DNA from: Phoronis australis
Taxonomy: Eukaryota; Animalia; Phoronida
Direction: 5' to 3'
Assembly: GCA_002633005.1 (NCBI GenBank)
Contig: NMRA01000146.1
Span: forward strand, 673,059 to 737,058
Length of the DNA: 64,000 nt
This document shows, in pieces, positions 14,090-28,114 of the stretch (positions are counted from its first letter, which is position 1; each line of letters starts with the position of its first letter). Below the pieces are notes generated by a model. The model was not told the DNA's origin and did not search any database. It was given only the letters and a program-made list of their open reading frames with translations. The position numbers and the translations under genes are program-made.

Positions 14090-16585
14090 AACCGCATGTT
14101 TGACAAGATTGGAAATATTCAGAAAGTACCTTTAGAAGCAAACAGAACCAATTTATTGACGGATATAAGCACTAGCTTTCACATAGCAGCTTAGAAAAAA
14201 TCCCTTTGCATCTTTGAAGACGTTCACGACTCGTCCCATGTGCCATGTATTTCTTGACGTAACCTCGATGTTTCGTTTAGGACTATGTTGCTTGATGCGC
14301 TTTTGAAGCGTGTGTAGAAATTATATTCTCTGCAAAATTCGTTCCATTACCAGAAATAATGGTGCTGACAGGACCCGACGAGCGAAAGATCTACGCAAGA
14401 CGGCAATGAAACTGTCGGCCTCGAGGTTGTTTACAATCTCAAAATCAGAACAGGTGACGATTACACCATAGCGCCTGTGAGCAGTTCGACCCTCTTTCAA
14501 ATGAAACGGTCCGAATATGTCGTACCCGCGTACGCAAACGGAGGCTGTGCTGCAGTGCGCTCCTCTGGCAGATCGGACAACTTCTCTTCACAAAACAGAG
14601 CACGAAGAGGTTGGCGCACTGCGCTTCTGTTTAAAGCGCTGTGAACAGCAGAGTTAGCGCCAACAACCTAAAATTTCTCCCTAAGCGAAGACAGAACGTG
14701 GCTTCGGCTACCGTGCACTAAACGCTCATAGACATGTCGAATCAACACGTCACGTGGCTGTTACCGTGCATTGTGTACATGCGTAAGGTCTGTTGGCCGG
14801 ACTACTGTGCTGGACGTAAGATGTAGTGCCGTCACATGCTTTACAACTGGAACGTGATCGTTAGACACGGAAGAAGTCACCGAAGGCTGCTTCGCCGACA
14901 TTGACAGTATCGAAAGCGAAGACTTAACCTCTGCGTTTAAAATGCCCTCCTGAGCTTTAGCCTTTGCAAGTTTCTCGTTCAGTGGAGAACTCGTCTGATG
15001 TCTTTTTCAATTGATGTTCACATTGTATCTGTTTTTGTTTCAACTTTTGTTCACACTACAGCTGTTGATAATGAAGCTCCTCATCTTTTACCTATCTCTG
15101 CTCGAGCAATGCCTTTTAAGCTGCCAAATTAGGACTATGAATCTTTGCCTTGTACTTGACTGACATTGGAAGACCTAGCGGACTTAGACTTCAATATCTG
15201 AGACACGGATTCCATAATGTCTTGAGAGTTAAAATCGCCCGTCCATGGCCAGAATTTCTCTTTAAGCAACTGCATACTGGCATGTGTTAAAATTGATCTG
15301 ACGTGTTAATGAACATTAATGAGGGACTTGATGCTACTCACCACTTTTATAAGAGCGTCTTTCGTTGAATGTGTATAATTGTAAGTAAGTTTAGTCACAG
15401 AGGACTGTTTCGTAGGCTGTCGAGTCTTTGCTTGTTTACAGGAATTTGTTGTCACTAAACTCACGTCGCTCCCTAGCTGCTCCTTCAAACACTGACGTCA
15501 CGATAACGTTATTTAAACACTGTCGGTTTACTGGAACTTCGCAAGACACCTTAGACATGACTCACAGTAGCACACATAAATATCGAGCCCAATCAGGCCG
15601 CAGTTCTTTCAGTGGAAGATTAGGCCATTTACCTAGCAAATGTTGGAGCAAAACAAAACAGATTAGGAGAACTTTTTCTCTTTTATTTGTCAGCAGTATA
15701 AGTGACAGTACTAGATTAATTGAAATGTGTCAAAAAGAAACTATGCTCAAATTAACAGGTTACATATTGTAAAACAACGTAGATAACAACCGAATTCCCT
15801 GGACAACGCCCAAGGAAATGGCGCCCAAAATTTAGGACTGGTATCACTGAAAACTGTTCAGGAACAAACTGAGTTCACATTTTCACAATCGAATATCGCT
15901 AAACAATGTAAAATTGCAGGTCGTCGGCTCTCGGTGGGAGAACCGGCTTTGACCACAGGGTTAGCGCCGTGCGACATACCGGCACATGTAAAACGACACC
16001 GTCCAGACATATCAAGCAAAGAGGATCGCCCTGTATCAAACATGTAGATAAATTAGCTGTTAGAAATTCTATATCATGACTATTCCTGAAACACTATTTC
16101 ACACATCGCCTGAATTCGCTGGCCAAAGGGTAGCTTGAACGCCCGCGTATGTCAAGACCCATTTAGTTTTTTTGCCTCAGGTAAGGTCGAAGACCGAAGT
16201 CTCTGTGGTCATGAAACTTGTCTTTTTTGAATTTTTTTCTTCGGTGTTATCGGAGACACATTTACATTTTTGGTCTAAAGACTTGAGTCAGTTTCCATGG
16301 AATGGGTTCTCACTATACTGTTGAAACCGTGTTTCACACATCATCTAGCTCGCTAAGATTTTATCTAAAGTGCTCCTGGTGGGGGTCATATTATTACAAG
16401 AGACGCCATTGCACTTCGCAACATAATCGAACACGGTCCTCATATACCGCAGTGTTGTGGTGTAAATCATGTTCTAGGATGCTTTGCGTCACTTCTGTGA
16501 TTGTGTGATATTTTGCACTTTACGGATGAGACAGCCCCCTTACATTGTATACCGGGAAAGTCTAACGTCACTGCAGACTACTTAA
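14090..16585 (-). mobile_element. Decayed BEL/Pao LTR retrotransposon internal region
   Basis: Minus-strand motifs EKLSDLPEERTAAQPPFAYAG/DIFGPFHLKEGR..RRYGVIVTC (BEL integrase start) and RNTWHMGRVVNVFKDAKG (C-terminal domain); many stops and frameshifts. Confidence 0.75.
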
Positions 16586-18563
16586 GAGCATATTCGCGAA
16601 TGGGCCAAGCAGAGGGTGATAGACGCTATGTCACATTTTGTGTTCATATTTTGTCTGTGGGATGACACTGACCCCACTGACTACAGATCACCTTTATTTT
16701 TTTCAAAACGCACCTTTTGGTTTCCATGGATACTATTTATTTCCAGCAAGTTTTGAGCCTGGCGGAACTTGAGTTTTAGTAGAATTCCGACAGTTACGTT
16801 ACGCAGTGGAAGTAACTTGTGTTATTGATCAGGTGTGACCTTCGACTACTTTATTCAAAAAAATTAAAAGATTTCTATACTTTTTGTTTGTTTTTAGAGG
16901 CGCATAAGATGAGTACTTTTAGTGATTTTTGAGACTGTCAAAATTGGCTAAATTCGTATCCCAATATCTCAGCTGGCACTGGTTTCAAGACTTTTGTACC
17001 AACCAATGGGTTGAGCTATCTTAGATTTACAAAATAAAGCATTTCCTGTCATCTGAAGTCCAAAGTGACTGGTCGTTACGCCATTTCACCACAATGAGTA
17101 ATGCCGACACACGTCAAAAAAAAGTGAAAATTTGTTACTTGTTGGCCCACAAACTGCGAATCAATTGATCATTTATCAAATTTTGTATTTTCTAGGCACC
17201 AAGGGTACTCTACTTTATTTCTGAAAAGTGCTCCTTGTCGTGGAATTAGGATACTTTATAGAAAAACAGCAGTAGTTCTGCCAGGAAATCTTTTGCGAGT
17301 GTCTAAATTCAAATTTCAGTGGTTTTACAAAGCTCTGTAGTTTTATTGGCGCTGCTAAAAAACAAAACAAACAAAACAATCGTGGTTCCCCCCTCCGCAA
17401 TTGCGACTTTCCAAATCTTACAGTGTCGTATGAACAATATCATTTATTTATGGTTTTATCTGTGATTGTCCTGTTAACAAAGATGCATACTGTGGAGTGT
17501 GTCTGAACAAACGTTTTTTTTGAAGAATCTTCAAGTGGTTTTGATGCAGGGCGTTGAAAGCGGAGGATAGTGTCAAGGTAAAAGATTCATTGGCAACAAA
17601 AAGGAAATGCAAAACCCCTGGCGGTCAGATTTCCGTGGCGTTATATAGCCTCCAGTGCCCCAATACCTTCACTTTTGGAGTGGTATGACTTGCTAATGTT
17701 ATCACTTTCCTATCTGTATGCATTTTGTTGTGACTGAAGTAAATTAAAGGCACAGATAAACGTAGTTGAATAAGTGCGTGTGACTAGTTTTGAGAAGTCT
17801 AAAGAAGGGAATTCAAATTATTGCCCACTCCACCATAGGGCAAAGGTATCCTGTTCCAGGTGATCAGCAGTTACTTGAAAGAAAAATCCCTCATGTGGGG
17901 CGCATCATCAGATTTTAATCCACTGCAGTGGTCACGTGGAAGAAGTGAGGATGATGAAGCCTGCTTTCTTTATAAAGTTCGTAAGAGCACGACAAGTATT
18001 GTATTGTAACTCATGTTTTTCCATGACTTCTCACCAGACAAACAATATACAGCATACAAACTCGAGTTCAAAATATAACTTTATGTACGTTCACTTCTAA
18101 CTGCTAAGTCTTCGAGGTGCTTTAATAGCAAGACTACCAAATATTTTAAGCAAAATCACAACAGAGATATCTAAATGTGGTAACTGATCTAAGTGCTAAT
18201 GGACCGGCTCAAATATGACACTCTTACTGTATGTTAACTGTTCAAAATACATGTCATCTCCCTCACATGTACCTTGTCATCCCATACTGTACACGTAACT
18301 CCTCACTCTGCATATACAATGTTGGGCCAATTTAAAGTTAAAAGGGATATTTAATGCTACTAGAACCTAGTTTAACACTCATCCCCCAGTTAATTTACAC
18401 AAAGTAGCATGGGAAACACGAGATATCAAAATGTGTCAAAAGACCTAAATACCAGTGAATTGGCTCAATCATGACACTCATGGATTTTAAAAATTCAAAA
18501 TACAGTTGACATCGGCACCTCCCTTAACTCATCATCCCATACCGTTCAAATAACTCTCATTGT

Positions 18564-19012
18564 TGTTGATGCACTATTTTATTTTGCAGTGCGTAAGGTT
18601 ACGTCATACTACGTGTGTCAATTGGTTAAGCTTCTTATATAACCGACGTTCCGGTACTATGTGACCTTCTTGACATGAACCGCTATACTGGTAACGCGTA
18701 CAACGCTAACGATGTTTTTATGGAGCCTAGAGCCTATATCATTGTAAGTTTATACTATTTTTCCGCATATTACCGTAGAATTCACTGGCTGTTTCTCGTA
18801 TTGTGTAAGACTGTTTAATTAGCCCATGCTGTATTACGTGGAATATCTTTATTGTATTGTAACGTGAACGCTGTATTTCCAAAGACTTATTATTCGTTAT
18901 ATTTGTTTCAGTGAAACCGGCCTTGTCGGACAGTAAGCATAACGTCAACCTTGTTGAAAATAAACGTATCATATCCGACTATCCCGTGTGTTCAATGCCC
19001 ATGGCTCCTACA
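18564..19012 (+). mobile_element. Solo LTR (449 bp)
   Basis: TG...CA termini; perfect 5-bp TSD ATTGT (18559-18563, 19013-19017); AATAAA near 18959; absent from the first Kolobok copy at ~5243. Confidence 0.85.
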
Positions 19013-19819
19013 ATTGTGAAAAAACAATGTTGGAGCAAATTGAAGTAAAACATGATATTTAATGTGACTGCAATCTGCTTCAGCACTGGTCATCCAGTTA
19101 AGTGGTACAAAGTAGCTTGGAGCAACGAGAGATCTAAATGTGTCCTTTGATCTAAATGTGTCCTTTGATCTCAATGCCAGTGCATTGGTTCAAGTACGAC
19201 ATTCCCGAATTTAACCTTTCAAAATACAGGGCCTACCCTTCAACTTGTCATCACATATGCTATCTGAAACTTGTCAGTCTGCCTAAGTCACTACCTTTTC
19301 ATAAGCTTGTACATAAGTCAACGCTCAGATAAGGCTTGGTTTTTTTAGTTAAGTGAGGCTGAAAGTACTATGAATTTGAGACATGAAGACCGAAATACCA
19401 GCATGAATTGGACAACAAACTTTCAATCAGAACACTGACCAAATATTCTAAATTTTATTGACAAAATCACAACAAGTGTTGCTATGTTGCATTTTGCATT
19501 TGCCTAATTTTCTACAATATCACATCAATAGCAACCGGTTAAGTATCGCAGACAACCCAACAGATTGTACAATGTTCAGGCGAAGAAGAAATCCGGAGTA
19601 TTCCTGGACATCACTGAATGTCAATTTCAGTATCTCCATAATTTGACCATTTTCCAGTACGGTTTAAGGCAGATAAACGTGAAAAAACCTTTAACCTGCT
19701 GTGGTGTCAACTAGGTATCTGAAACTGATACGCACTGCTGCTGGACTACATGACAAGGACACAAGCTGCCAACTAACTACATGACCGGGACACATACTGC
19801 CAACTGAATACGTGACCAG

Positions 19820-21201
19820 GGCGCGCTCTCCATTCTCCGTACTCAGACTCGAATCGTGCTCAAACTCACACTTCATACTCATTTCGAGTACAGACTCAGC
19901 TTTGGTGTATTCAATGTCATGCTCGAAAAATCTGTACTCGGAATTTCGAGCACGTACTCAGTTTTCGAGTGTACATGAACTGAATTGTATCATCTATATT
20001 TCGAGTAGGATTTTGAGTAAAAATTTCGAGTCTACGCTCAAATTTCAAGTTTGGTATGGCAGTGTGCTTGAAATCGTACTCAAAAATAAATACAAGCCAG
20101 AGAACAAAATATCGAAAGGGAAGCAAGAAACACAGCAAAATCTAAAAAAACAAGTCCTCTTACCGTATTTCAGCACTTCAATTTCAGTTCAGAGATAATA
20201 GTTTTCATCTTAAATCTTCTTATTCTTCACCTTATTAACCCGCCGTATCGCTGTATGTTATGGCCGCCATTCTACCTCTACAATTCCTGGCAACAGGCGC
20301 ATTGTAATCCCTTGTCGGCGAGTCATAACAAGCGTCGAAAGCAGTTGTGGGAAAAGTCGTGTGAGAACTTTGTGCTTCCCTTATTTCAGTATGTGTGCCT
20401 ACGTTTTGTAGTTTTTCAAAAATACGAGGAGGGGAGGGAAGTTAAAAAAATTCGCTTCCCTGTCAGGTATATTTCTCGTCATAACTTAGTCAACTATAAT
20501 TCCTCAATCCGCAAATGGAAATACAGACTTTTTGCCGATTTCTAAGTAGATGTCTCGTACCGTTCACTGCCACTGGTGAACTCTGAATACCTGCACAAGT
20601 ATTGTTTTTAACTCACGTGCCAAATGTCAACTCACTTGATACATCCCGGTAGAAAACAAAGATACAGTATCAAAGTGTGACATCAGCGTTGGTCTATACA
20701 GCAATGGGTTTTATTTCAAGACTAAATTAGCAACAGAGATATGATGTGATAAGCTGTTACAAATTTCTTAAGACATTTTCGGGACTGGGTGAGGAACTCA
20801 AGCAGTAAAGCGTAATAATTGCCAAATGTATCAAAGAAATGGCATAATAATATCTATTGAAACTAAAAAATGAAAAACAGTTACAGAACACTCAGACTTC
20901 TACGTTGTAGAAATACTCTTGTAGTTGTAGCGACAGCAGACGATAATGTAGGCCTAGTTCTTGGCGTGGTCTATTCCAATAGGGAGCGATGAATCAGCGC
21001 GGCTTTGTGTGATTTTGCATTTCACATCATAAAGAGCTCCATAGCAACTCGAATATGACTGTCAGATTTGAGTACGTTTGGAGTCTATTCGAAATACGAC
21101 ATTAGATACGCTTTTTTGAGTACGACTCCAGTGAGCACCTTTTTGAGTATGAAATCTCGAGAATGAGCATGAGTCTGAGTACGGATATTGGACACCGGGC
21201 C
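19820..21201. mobile_element. Non-autonomous PIF/Harbinger-like DNA transposon
   Basis: CAG 3-bp TSD on both sides; GGC...GCC termini; imperfect long TIRs (tccgtactcagactc / gagtctgagtacgga) with repeated actc/gagt motifs. Confidence 0.75.
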
Positions 21202-22199
21202 CAGGTTCTATTCTTAATTAAATGGGTTTCTTTCATGTCCATGTTAGCTTTTCGCACGTTGCTTTTCCCACCAGCATTTTTGACAACATCATTGAACTCT
21301 TTCGCAACAACTTTCTTCCGTCCTTTTAACCATGGTTTATGTTTGAAACTCCTTTTGTTTTCTGAATAGCAAAGTTGAATGTCATATTAAACCACCAGTT
21401 AGATTGCACTACATTTTCTATTTGTAATCTGGCAGCAAAGTAGTTATAACTGAATTTCGTTCTGTTTAGCTAACAAAAAATCGAATTAGGCCTTCGATGC
21501 TCGTCAAACGGGTCACATAATATTCCTTACCGGATAAAGTTTGTAAAAGGTTTTTGAACTACCAGGGACGCCAGATTGGGCTTGTCCAACCCTAAAACTG
21601 GGAATATTCTTTCCCAAAATGAAGGGATTGCGGCGGCGAAAAAAGCAACATACAGTTAATTTCAATTTGTTACTTGAGCTTGATAATTACTAATCTGCAC
21701 GATTCTGCTATATTTGGCAATTCACAAATTGTGTCATCGTTTTGGACCTAAATATCCTGGTCAGGTGGCCGGTGTACCCCTCCCAACTTTCGTTAAGGTA
21801 CACATCGTTTAAGTGGCCAGCGTACATATACAGTAACTCGGATGTAGGGGAGCCTCTGCCCAAACTTTTTAGGTCATAATAAAACCAATGTTGCTTACAT
21901 TGTATTATGCTGCTATATAAATTTGGAAGGGCGATCATTTTTTTCGTAAGGCAAAGGTCATTTCTTATAATACTCAAGTCTTCATGGGGGTCACTACATT
22001 CGGATAAATTATCAGATGGTTATGCTGTCCTTGTATTGGAATCTCAAAACAGACAAAATATCGAGTTCTTTCTCATACGAAGATACAGTATAAAATGATA
22101 TTCTTTCAAACAAATCAACGTAATTATGTTTTCACAATCATGCTACGTGGTGAGGCGTTAAAAAATCGATATGCTCTAACTGTGAAGCGATACCAAACC

Positions 22200-23030
22200 C
22201 ACTTTACAGTGAATTAACACGTGAGGGTGAGATAAATATAGATTATTACATGCCAAAGTCGGTATCTCCCGTAATCTAGAGCCCTTGGGTGATACTTCTA
22301 CGAAATCCACGAGGGGTCTACATAAGGGGGACACTACTGAGAACATGTAATAATTTATTTATACCATATACTGAACGCGAAACATTGCAAAGAGAGGATC
22401 TACCTTTCCCGACTCGGCTCAATTTTGTAACTATTTTCTATGTCAGAGGCACTGGGTCTGAGGTCGTGTCCTTTTAAGAAGGGCTGAGTTATTTTTGTCA
22501 AAACATTGTTTTTACTCAAAATCAATTGAACATTTAAACAAAAGAGAAGTCTAAAGTTCAGCTTTAGCAACAAGTCTAGCTTACTACACATTTCATCAAT
22601 CTAAGCGTCGACCGTAAATATATTATCCGCTAAAGTAGGTAACAACTGCTTACCTTGTGTAATGCAAAGTCAAAATATCCCGCCGACACGATACCCGCAT
22701 TCAAATTGGAGATCTATGATTAACAAGTGAGAGAAAAGGAGATAAAGATTTGACTTAACTGAAAAATGGTGTTTATGTTAATTATGCGTCTTACTTTTCA
22801 TAGCGTATAATGTCGATACAATGCCCTTTGTTGAACATGCGATTATTGCGCGCGCTCACTTATAAGAATTCTATTTTCAGGTTCGATTACGTCAGCTGCT
22901 GAGAGGTGTTGAGCGGGTTTGACTCCGGCATTGGTTTCCCGCCAAAATGTTATCTAACCCCGTTTAATATCTAAATGGGTTATTACACGGTTGCAATGGC
23001 CATTCGAGGCTGATATTGTGGTATAAAATG
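22200..23030. repeat. Unclassified interspersed repeat, four partial copies (also ~13560-14090, ~27650-28110, ~38050-38960)
   Basis: All four share caacaagtcta(g/a)cttactacacat-like blocks; three end in ggctga(t/a)a(t/a)tgtggtat. Confidence 0.55.
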
Positions 23031-23559
23031 TGTATATATTATGATGAACTATACTACCATAGATATGGATAATTACAAAGTTATGCAAAACGTGGAGCTA
23101 TAAACACAGCAGACGCAGCAGAAGGATGCATCCGACCTAAACGACTGAGATGAGCTGAAACTTTCTTTGAATAATACGTATTTTCTAATTCAGTGTTAAA
23201 ACAATTTTCGGTAGATATCATGCTATAATTTCAAAAATTCAATCGAGGTTCCAATATATCAAAGCGCGACATCACTTTCTTAAGAAGTAATTGCGACATT
23301 AACACCGAATTCACCTACTTATGTAAAAAGACGTGTTATACTCCTGGCACTTATCCAGAATTTTGAGTTGATGAGCCAGGCCAGAGTAGTAACTAGTTTC
23401 CTTTCCAGTCAGACAATCGCATCCCATAACTGCCAATGGAATCGTGGAGAATTTTAGGAGGGCATGGCTCTCTTGGGATTCCTCTAAGTCCGCCACTGTT
23501 ACTCCATATCTTAAATTTGAAGTTGTTTGTAACCTCAACCTCTGGTGCCCTTGCGAGGG

Positions 23560-24400
23560 GTTTCACTAAAAACAATATTTCAGAAATATTTTTATATTAA
23601 AAGTCTTCCACATGGATGGGAGAGGCAAGTTGTCGGTGATTGGTGGTAGTAGGATTTGATGCGGTGATAGACTGATGGCTGGTTGGAGTTCATCACTCTA
23701 TGAATTTCGACTGCATGTTCACAAGTCTACTCTAACAAAAGTCCCCAAGCTGCGAAGCAAACTGGCAAACCCATAATCGTTTTCGCTTCCTTCACCAAAC
23801 AGTTGTAGTTCAATGCAGCCAGATAAATAGACTGATGTCAGCTTACAATTTTCTGCAATTCTCAAATCAATTGTTTCGACATATCTGCCTTGCTTTGCTT
23901 CTGTGATAACCAGCGTCTTCTTTGTTCTGTTGGTAGAGATCCTACCGCTGGAAGAGTCACGAGAGAATCTATTGCTAATAGATCTGAGAGCGACTAAGGA
24001 CCACTGAACGCTCACAATTTTTATTTACAATACAAAACATTCTTTTCCGGGATACCAAACCACAGCCGACATTGTCTCTCATTGGGGAAACCACTAGGGT
24101 CTTAACCAATATCCATACTCTTTAGTGATTGTATCAATGTTAGCTTTGTCGTTGCTAGTTCACTTAGTTAATCCAATGCCAATCAGGTTGCAGGTTCTGC
24201 TTGGGTCTCTGGCCATGGAAATAACACTAGATAAAGGTGGAGACTCGAACAGTTGTCAGATACTTCAAGACACAGTTTTGTCAAACTTATCACCAAAATG
24301 TATGGCCGTGTTACAAAGAGCAGAATTTTCATAGACGAAAGGAGACATTGTTCCAAATACTTGTATGTTCAATAGATTGCTTAACACCAGTCTTTGAAGG
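23560..24400 (-). mobile_element. Highly decayed LTR-retrotransposon (Gypsy-like) integrase relic; duplicate at ~39510-40270
   Basis: Broken motifs AEP..LIGI.L, SPMRD, GP..LSD and SPHQILL in the order expected for an rve integrase. Confidence 0.4.
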
Positions 24401-25946
24401 AGCCAACTTTGAATGTGTGCGAGGCCACCACACGAATCGAACACCCACTAGTTAGATATGGACCTGCTATCCGATGTCCCTGAATCCGAGTGTTGAACAA
24501 CTCTAAGCAAATCATCCTCGATATCATTTGTCCAATTTCAAACTGCTGTCCTTTTCAAGAAATTGTTTATCTCTAATTTAAGACCGGACCGTATCAGCTG
24601 CGGTTAATTAAATGCCTTTGAGAAAAACCAAGTTGCATTTGAAAACTGTTCAAGAACTGCTTTCGTTCATAGTTTCACAATTGACTGTCGAAAAACAATG
24701 TCCTAGTAAAGGTTCGACCTCCAGGAATATTTTTAGTGGTGTGTGAAAGATACACTTAATGTACCGTTTCGAGAGCTAGTCAAAATCACGTAGACATCGG
24801 CGTAGACTGGAAACCGATAAACAAGACGCTATTGCTACAAGAAGGCATGCAAATTGAATTTCGAAACGATGATTTCTTCTAATTGTACACAATTACATTC
24901 ATGAAAATTACTTTGCTGCACCTAACCATATTTATTATTGGGCACTGTTTGAGTCGCGACGGCTCCGATTGCGATCCTAGGCTCCTACCCTTTAAACGAC
25001 ATATTTTGGCCAGGTTTCGTTTTCGGCTAAATAACCGCAGGCTTCAAATTATAGACATCGGAGCATAACGATTGTTATCATTGTCAAATTTGCAAGTGAT
25101 TTTTGCGATACTTTAACGTGATTAACGAGTAGTAAAAATCAACCACAACTGCTCCTAATCGTGGTACTGGTGAAGAGTGCACGAGACGTATTTTGGATTC
25201 AAAATTGTATTGGTTCTTTTAATTGAAATATCAACGAACTTGGAAGTGTTTTAAGGGTTTTAGATTTTGACCAGCCTACAAGGCAGTCTCGATTTGCTGC
25301 AGTGCAAACTTTTAAACTGCACTGTCGGTTGATGCAGCATTTCCCAAGAATTTCCTTTTACAGTTCTTGTATAGAAATGCACTCACAGATACAAAAATAA
25401 GTTTTTCTGTAAGTCATGCCTCTCCCATGAGTGTTGCCGTGCCTGGGATATGACAACAGAGAATTTGGTGGTTACTGCGCTGAATTGGTTATTTTCAATT
25501 GGATTTCCGTTTTCATTTTTTCATTTAAAGAATGACACCTGAAATAATGAAATAACTACCTGGAAATTGAAAAATAATATGGCATTGTACTGAATTCTGC
25601 GTTAGGTATGAAACGATATGTTCAACCATTTCAATAAAGTAAAAGCAAGACAATACAACTCTTAACTTTCAAAAAAATGCCACCGCTGACGTGAATACGG
25701 TTAATTTGGCATCAACAGTGAATTCTGTAAAACTGTTTAATCAAAATTCGTGAAATTCATTTATGAAGCTCTTTCTTTTGTGTCCCTTGGTGGCTATTAT
25801 AATATTACTGGTATTACCCTGTCTTTTGAGAAAATTGTAAAATAATCATCTTTAAGGTTTTGGTATGTAATGGCACACGTTAGTCGGAAACCAATGCTGT
25901 GAGTTGTTTTTCTTCACATTTTTCGCTTCTGTCTCTACATTTACAG

Positions 25947-26195
25947 CACTGGCTGCAGCTAGTATTACAACTGTAGTTGGAAGTGATACCGCAATCAATG
26001 TCGATTGGACCGCAGCAGCTGGAGACAAAGATAGCTACAAAGTGTCTTGCGGAAATCATGACTTCAGTGCAGATAAGACTGCTACCAGCAAACGTTGCAC
26101 TGGCCTGACTCCTGGAACTGAGTACGTCGTTTCTATAAGTACAGTCAAGGCAGGATGGGCTGACGCAATTTCAACATCGAAGACAGTTCAAACGA
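25947..26195 (+). CDS. FN3-domain exon (type B, copy 2)
   Basis: catttacag| ... |gtgagt; 249 bp, phase 1-1. LAAASITTVVGSDTAINVDWTAAAGDKDSYKVSCGNHDFSADKTATSKRCTGLTPGTEYVVSISTVKAGW; paralogue of 11090-11338 including its flanking intron. Confidence 0.9.
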
Positions 26196-28114
26196 GTGAG
26201 TGTCGGTTGCACCATGCTCATGGCTCTTATCACCAAGCGTTCTTAAAGTCAGACATGTATCTATGAAAGATTAAACAGCATCAGTTTTTTAAGACGGATC
26301 TGGTGAATGCTGTACATCCAAGAGATAGTTTTTGGTTTAGAAGTAGTGTATTGGGTAATAAAAAGCCTTTGGCATAGTTCTAAACTATGTCTAGTTTTGT
26401 AGGTCTTCGATACATAAATTAAACACAGTGCTGGGCTGGTAGGCGCACTAATCCCACCGTATCGCCATACCACTGAACGTAATTTACGGTGAGTAGGCCC
26501 TACGTTCATACGCCGAAAGATGATTGCCTGCACCAACGTGTGCCTACGCCCCACTAAAGCACTGATTAAACATCGCTTTCGGGATGCACCCTTTGTTGCC
26601 CCAAAGTTTTGTCTCCTATTTGTGTTAGACAATCCATTTGGACTGTCGCAGTAGCATTTACTAGACAGTCATTTCATTTATTTTTATTTTTTCCTCGATT
26701 TCACGCTACCGCGATGAAAAGGAGACACTAAACTTACATACACAGAAAGATTTCTCTTCTGCTTTGTTCTTTGGGTGCCCGAGGTACGACCTCTTCATTA
26801 TTTAAACTTGAGAGATATCCCTTCAATTTCAGCCAAATGCCACTAATAATGTGCAATTGCAATGTTTGACATCAAGAGTGGAATCTGTCAAATTGACCAA
26901 TCGATCGTCTTAAAATGCAGTTATAGGCGGGTTTCTTTTGCATCCCCTCGTGGCTTTTTAAGTTCTTTGTGTTAGTGGGTGTTCTGGGGAAACTTAAAAA
27001 AAAACATCTGCATGATTTTGCAATGGAATATGTTGGGGCGAAAAAAACAGGCTGTGGGGGCTGAGCTCTTTTATTTGTCTGAAGAATAAGAGTCACAGCG
27101 AAATGTATCTAAAAGAAACAGTGTGCCAATTTACACGTTACGCTACAAAATACCATGTAGATTACAAGCCATTTCCCTGAAAAACGCCGGAGAAAATTTG
27201 TCACGGCAAAGGGCGTAGAATAGCAAGCATTGAAAACGTTAAGTACACTCGAAGAACAGGGGAAAACCAGAGAATGGAAAAAATCATTCTATCAACTAAC
27301 ACGAGCACTTACCCCGATATCGCCCCTAGTCCAACCAAATGCCGTCGAAAGAGTATGTACAGTGTATATGTACACTTGATTGTCTCCACCTTACGTGTAA
27401 CCTGTGTGGAATGACCTTTGAAAAAAGCAGCACGAGAAGTATAGTCAGAGAGAGCAGCATCTGGTGCAGAAACTACTCATTAAAGTTAATGGGTCTACTT
27501 ACAAGGCGGGAAACAAGCGTATTCATACGCGTTAGTCTAAAGAACATGACAGGACAGTCTGCTGTATCACCCTCCCCTGATACGAAGTAATCGAGATTCA
27601 CATCCACAAACATCTCTTTGGATAGAAATGAAACGTATAGTTCTGACATGTCGAGGTCTTTAACCCCGTAATCTTGAGTCCGGGTGGATTTTGGAGAATT
27701 ATCGCCCGACCAGTGTTAACCTCTATGGCGACAATTCTACAAGATCCACGAGGGCTCTAGAAATGGGGGATATCGATATAAAAAATATAATGATCCATTT
27801 ATACTACGTCCTCCACGATTAACATTGCAATGAATGGATCAACCAAGTGTGTTCGGCTTTGTAAGTACTTTATATCTAAGAGGCCTGGTCGTGACCTTTT
27901 AAGAAACGCCGATTTATTCTTGTTAAAGAAATGCCTTTACTAAAAACCAATTGAAAATTAAAAAACAAAATAGAACTAAAGTAAATGCAAAACATATATT
28001 TTAATCAACAAGTCTAACTTACTACACATCTTATTGTGCTATGCTTCCACCGTGAATATCTCGTCTGCCAGTGGTTACTGAGTATAAAGTCCAAATCAAT
28101 GGACCACACGCTGT

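Larger units (their letters stand above)
16586..21395. mobile_element. Second copy of the Kolobok-like element, right end lost
   Basis: TTAA (16582-16585) then gagcatattcgcgaa; colinear with 3213-5850 up to ~19710. The empty site gcttaagtcg is visible in the paralogous block at ~36770. Right boundary is approximate. Confidence 0.7.
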
